Source of the DNA: Halieaceae bacterium
GTDB taxonomy: Bacteria > Pseudomonadota > Gammaproteobacteria > Pseudomonadales > Halieaceae
Assembly (NCBI GenBank): GCA_028280635.1
Contig: JANQLM010000012.1
Coordinates: forward strand, 8,799-72,798
DNA length: 64,000 nucleotides
Direction of reading: 5' to 3'
Part shown: one piece after another, positions 62,071 to 64,000 of the stretch
How positions within the stretch are numbered: position 1 is the stretch's first letter
How the letters are laid out: each line of letters starts with the position of its first letter
Made by a program: the position numbers and the translations under genes
The notes under the pieces: generated by a model
What the model was told of the DNA's origin: nothing
The model's input: only the letters and a program-made list of their open reading frames with translations
Databases searched by the model: none

Positions 62071-63248
62071 GCCTGGAAGCCTCTTTCCTGAAAAACAAGG
62101 CGGCCATCGCTGGCATTGGTCTTACCGAGTTTTCCAAGCACTCCGGAGTGTCTGAACTCTCGCTGGCGGCTGAGTGTGTCTACGCGGCCTGCGAGGATGC
62201 TGGCATCAGCCCCTCGGAGCTGGACGGTTTTGTCAGTTACACCCTGGATTCCACCGATGAGATCGAGGTGGCGCGCGCGGTAGGCGCTGGTGATCTCTCG
62301 TTCTTCAGCCGCATCAACTACGGCGGCGGCGCCGCGGTGGGCACGATTCTGCAGGCGGTGATGGCCGTCGCCACCGGCCAGGCATCCAACGTCGTGTGCT
62401 GGCGGGCCATGAATGGCCGCTCGGGCCAGCGCATGGGGCAGGGGGTGTCCGGCAATATCATCTCCAGCGACCTGATTCACTGGTCATGGTATATGGCTTA
62501 CGGGATGCTGACCCCCGGCTCCTGGGTGGCGCTAATTGCCAACAAGTACATGGATGCCTACGGTGTCACCCGCGAAGACCTGGGCCGGGTGGCGATCTCG
62601 CAGCGCAACTATGCGCTCAACAACCCGCGCGCCTTTGGCTACGGCAAACCCCTCAGCATGGAGGACTATCTTGCCTCAAAGATGATTGCCGATCCGCTGT
62701 GCCTGTACGATTTCTGCCAGGAAACCGACGGCGGCTGTGCCATTCTCATTACCAGTGCCGAGCGTGCCAGGGACCTGCGCCACAAACCCGCCGTGATTCG
62801 CGGCGTCACCCAGGCCTCCACCCGGGGCCAGGAGCAGATGACCAGCTACTATCGCGACGAACTGTTGTCCCTGCCGGAAATGGAAATGGCGGCTCGCCGC
62901 GCCTATGACATGTCCGGGCTGGGCCCGGACGCCATCGACGCCGCCTGCCTATATGACGCTTTCACCCCGGAAATCATCATGCAGCTCGAGAGCTTCGGCT
63001 TTGCCGAGCAGGGTGAGGGCGTGCACATGGTGCGCGACGGCGCCCTGGATATCGACGGCCGCCTGCCCAACAACACCCACGGCGGCCTGTTGTCGGGGGC
63101 CTACATCCACGGCATGAACAACATCGCCGAGGCAACGCGGCTGGTGCGCGGTGAGTCCTGCAATCAGCCGGCCAAGAGCGTCGAGCACGTGTTGGTATCC
63201 AGCGGTGTGGGAGTTCCCACTGGCGCGCTGATACTGGGAGCCGATTAG
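62067..63248 (+). CDS. Thiolase-fold SCP-x / lipid-transfer-type protein
   Basis: 393 aa with an SCP-x-like thiolase layout (DGGCAILITSAERA, NTHGGLLSGAYIHGMN). It overlaps the DUF35 gene stop (ATGA). Confidence 0.8.
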   Translation: MSLEASFLKNKAAIAGIGLTEFSKHSGVSELSLAAECVYAACEDAGISPSELDGFVSYTLDSTDEIEVARAVGAGDLSFFSRINYGGGAAVGTILQAVMAVATGQASNVVCWRAMNGRSGQRMGQGVSGNIISSDLIHWSWYMAYGMLTPGSWVALIANKYMDAYGVTREDLGRVAISQRNYALNNPRAFGYGKPLSMEDYLASKMIADPLCLYDFCQETDGGCAILITSAERARDLRHKPAVIRGVTQASTRGQEQMTSYYRDELLSLPEMEMAARRAYDMSGLGPDAIDAACLYDAFTPEIIMQLESFGFAEQGEGVHMVRDGALDIDGRLPNNTHGGLLSGAYIHGMNNIAEATRLVRGESCNQPAKSVEHVLVSSGVGVPTGALILGAD

Positions 63249-63336
63249 CGGCCGGACCTCGCACTCGCGAGAGGTACATCGTGCTAGGCTTCACCCCTTG
63301 GGCGACCCGCTGGTTGCCGAAGGTCTGGAGTCATCT

Positions 63337-63831
63337 ATGCACCGCGCCATCTTAATTGTCCTGTTGCTTGCCAGCTTCGCCCATCAGGCATCCTCCCAAC
63401 CGATGCGCGATGTAAAGGTGCGCGCCTGGGCCGAGGACTACTTTGCTCGCTATGCCGCCCGCGATGACTGGGCGGGTTTCCTGGCGCTGTTCTCCGATGA
63501 CCTGGTGTTCGAGGACCCGCTGGCCAACATGTCTCTCGCCTCGCGGCAGGAATTCAAGGCCTTTTACCACTGGCCCGACCCGTCTTTCAGCAAGCATCCA
63601 GACTACCCGGACACCCTGGTGCTGGAAGACCTGATCGTGCAGGGTAACCGCAGCATTGGCTCCGGCTATTTCACGCCCTTCAAGTACCAGGGCTTCACCT
63701 ATGCCGAGGACGAGCCGATGCGCTTCACCATCTGGCTCACCTGGAGCGACGACGGCAAGATCACCAGGCAGGTCGACTGGATCGACTACCCGGACGAACT
63801 GCTGCAGGCCATGTACTGCCGCACGCCGTAA
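63337..63831 (+). CDS. Secreted NTF2/SnoaL-like small protein
   Basis: Signal peptide MHRAILIVLLLASFAHQASS. The mature part resembles SnoaL-like folds (weak, composition and length only). Confidence 0.45.
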   Translation: MHRAILIVLLLASFAHQASSQPMRDVKVRAWAEDYFARYAARDDWAGFLALFSDDLVFEDPLANMSLASRQEFKAFYHWPDPSFSKHPDYPDTLVLEDLIVQGNRSIGSGYFTPFKYQGFTYAEDEPMRFTIWLTWSDDGKITRQVDWIDYPDELLQAMYCRTP

Positions 63832-63836
63832 TCCCC

Positions 63837-64000
63837 ATGGCCGACTACACCCTCTACTACTGGCCGCTACCCTTCCGGGGTCAGTTTGTGCGCGCCGTGC
63901 TGGCGCACGTTCACGCCAGCTGGGATGAGCGCGACATCGACGCGATCTTCGCTCTTAAGGATGCAGTACCTGCGGAACAGCCGGTGCCGCATATGGGGCC
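63837..64000 (+). CDS. Glutathione S-transferase-like protein (5' fragment, runs off the window)
   Basis: MADYTLYYWPLPFRGQFVRAVLAHV resembles a GST N-terminal thioredoxin-like domain. Only 54 codons are visible. Confidence 0.5.
   Translation, partial: MADYTLYYWPLPFRGQFVRAVLAHVHASWDERDIDAIFALKDAVPAEQPVPHMG

Overview
This is a GC-rich chromosomal segment (by eye above 60% G+C, with third codon positions mostly G/C). It looks like a Gammaproteobacterium, possibly a marine heterotroph. That is only a guess from gene content (TonB receptor, halogenase-like genes, PhoX, SLC45-type transporters); there is no taxonomic marker gene in the window. From left to right it contains: (1) a sufBCDS Fe-S cluster operon with an IscR-type Rrf2 regulator and an E. 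coli-like IscR box; (2) two oxidoreductases and hexR; (3) a central-carbon block of eda, then a tightly coupled six-gene unit (Cys-less GAPDH paralog, gap, ppc, zwf, pgl, edd); (4) a LacI-family regulator next to an alpha-glucan block (glgB, glgX, glgP, malQ, secreted alpha-amylase), then glk and a sugar-porter MFS; (5) a TonB-dependent receptor followed by two tryptophan-halogenase-family paralogs and a GDPD-family gene, facing two SLC45-like MFS transporters; (6) miscellaneous genes (lipoprotein, acyl-CoA ligase, DUF1295, orphan CHASE4 sensor plus a 4-TM protein, 2Fe-2S ferredoxin); (7) a Pho-box-preceded phoX; (8) a lipid/ketone-type catabolic neighbourhood (type I BVMO, double-hotdog dehydratase, sulfotransferase, HSL-type esterase, two acyl-CoA dehydrogenases, TetR, DUF35, SCP-x-like thiolase). 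I found no rRNA, tRNA, CRISPR array, integrase, transposase, prophage or recognisable defence system. I see no clear-cut novel system. The observations most worth follow-up are the catalytically dead GAPDH paralog coupled to gap, the halogenase-halogenase-GDPD operon behind the TonB receptor, the output-less CHASE4 protein coupled to an unknown 4-TM protein, a 14-bp palindrome shared by four sugar-related intergenic regions, and a CCTGAGC-core tandem repeat present both inside the glgX 5' end and in intergenic DNA. All calls rest on reading the sequence and recalled family motifs; no database search was possible.
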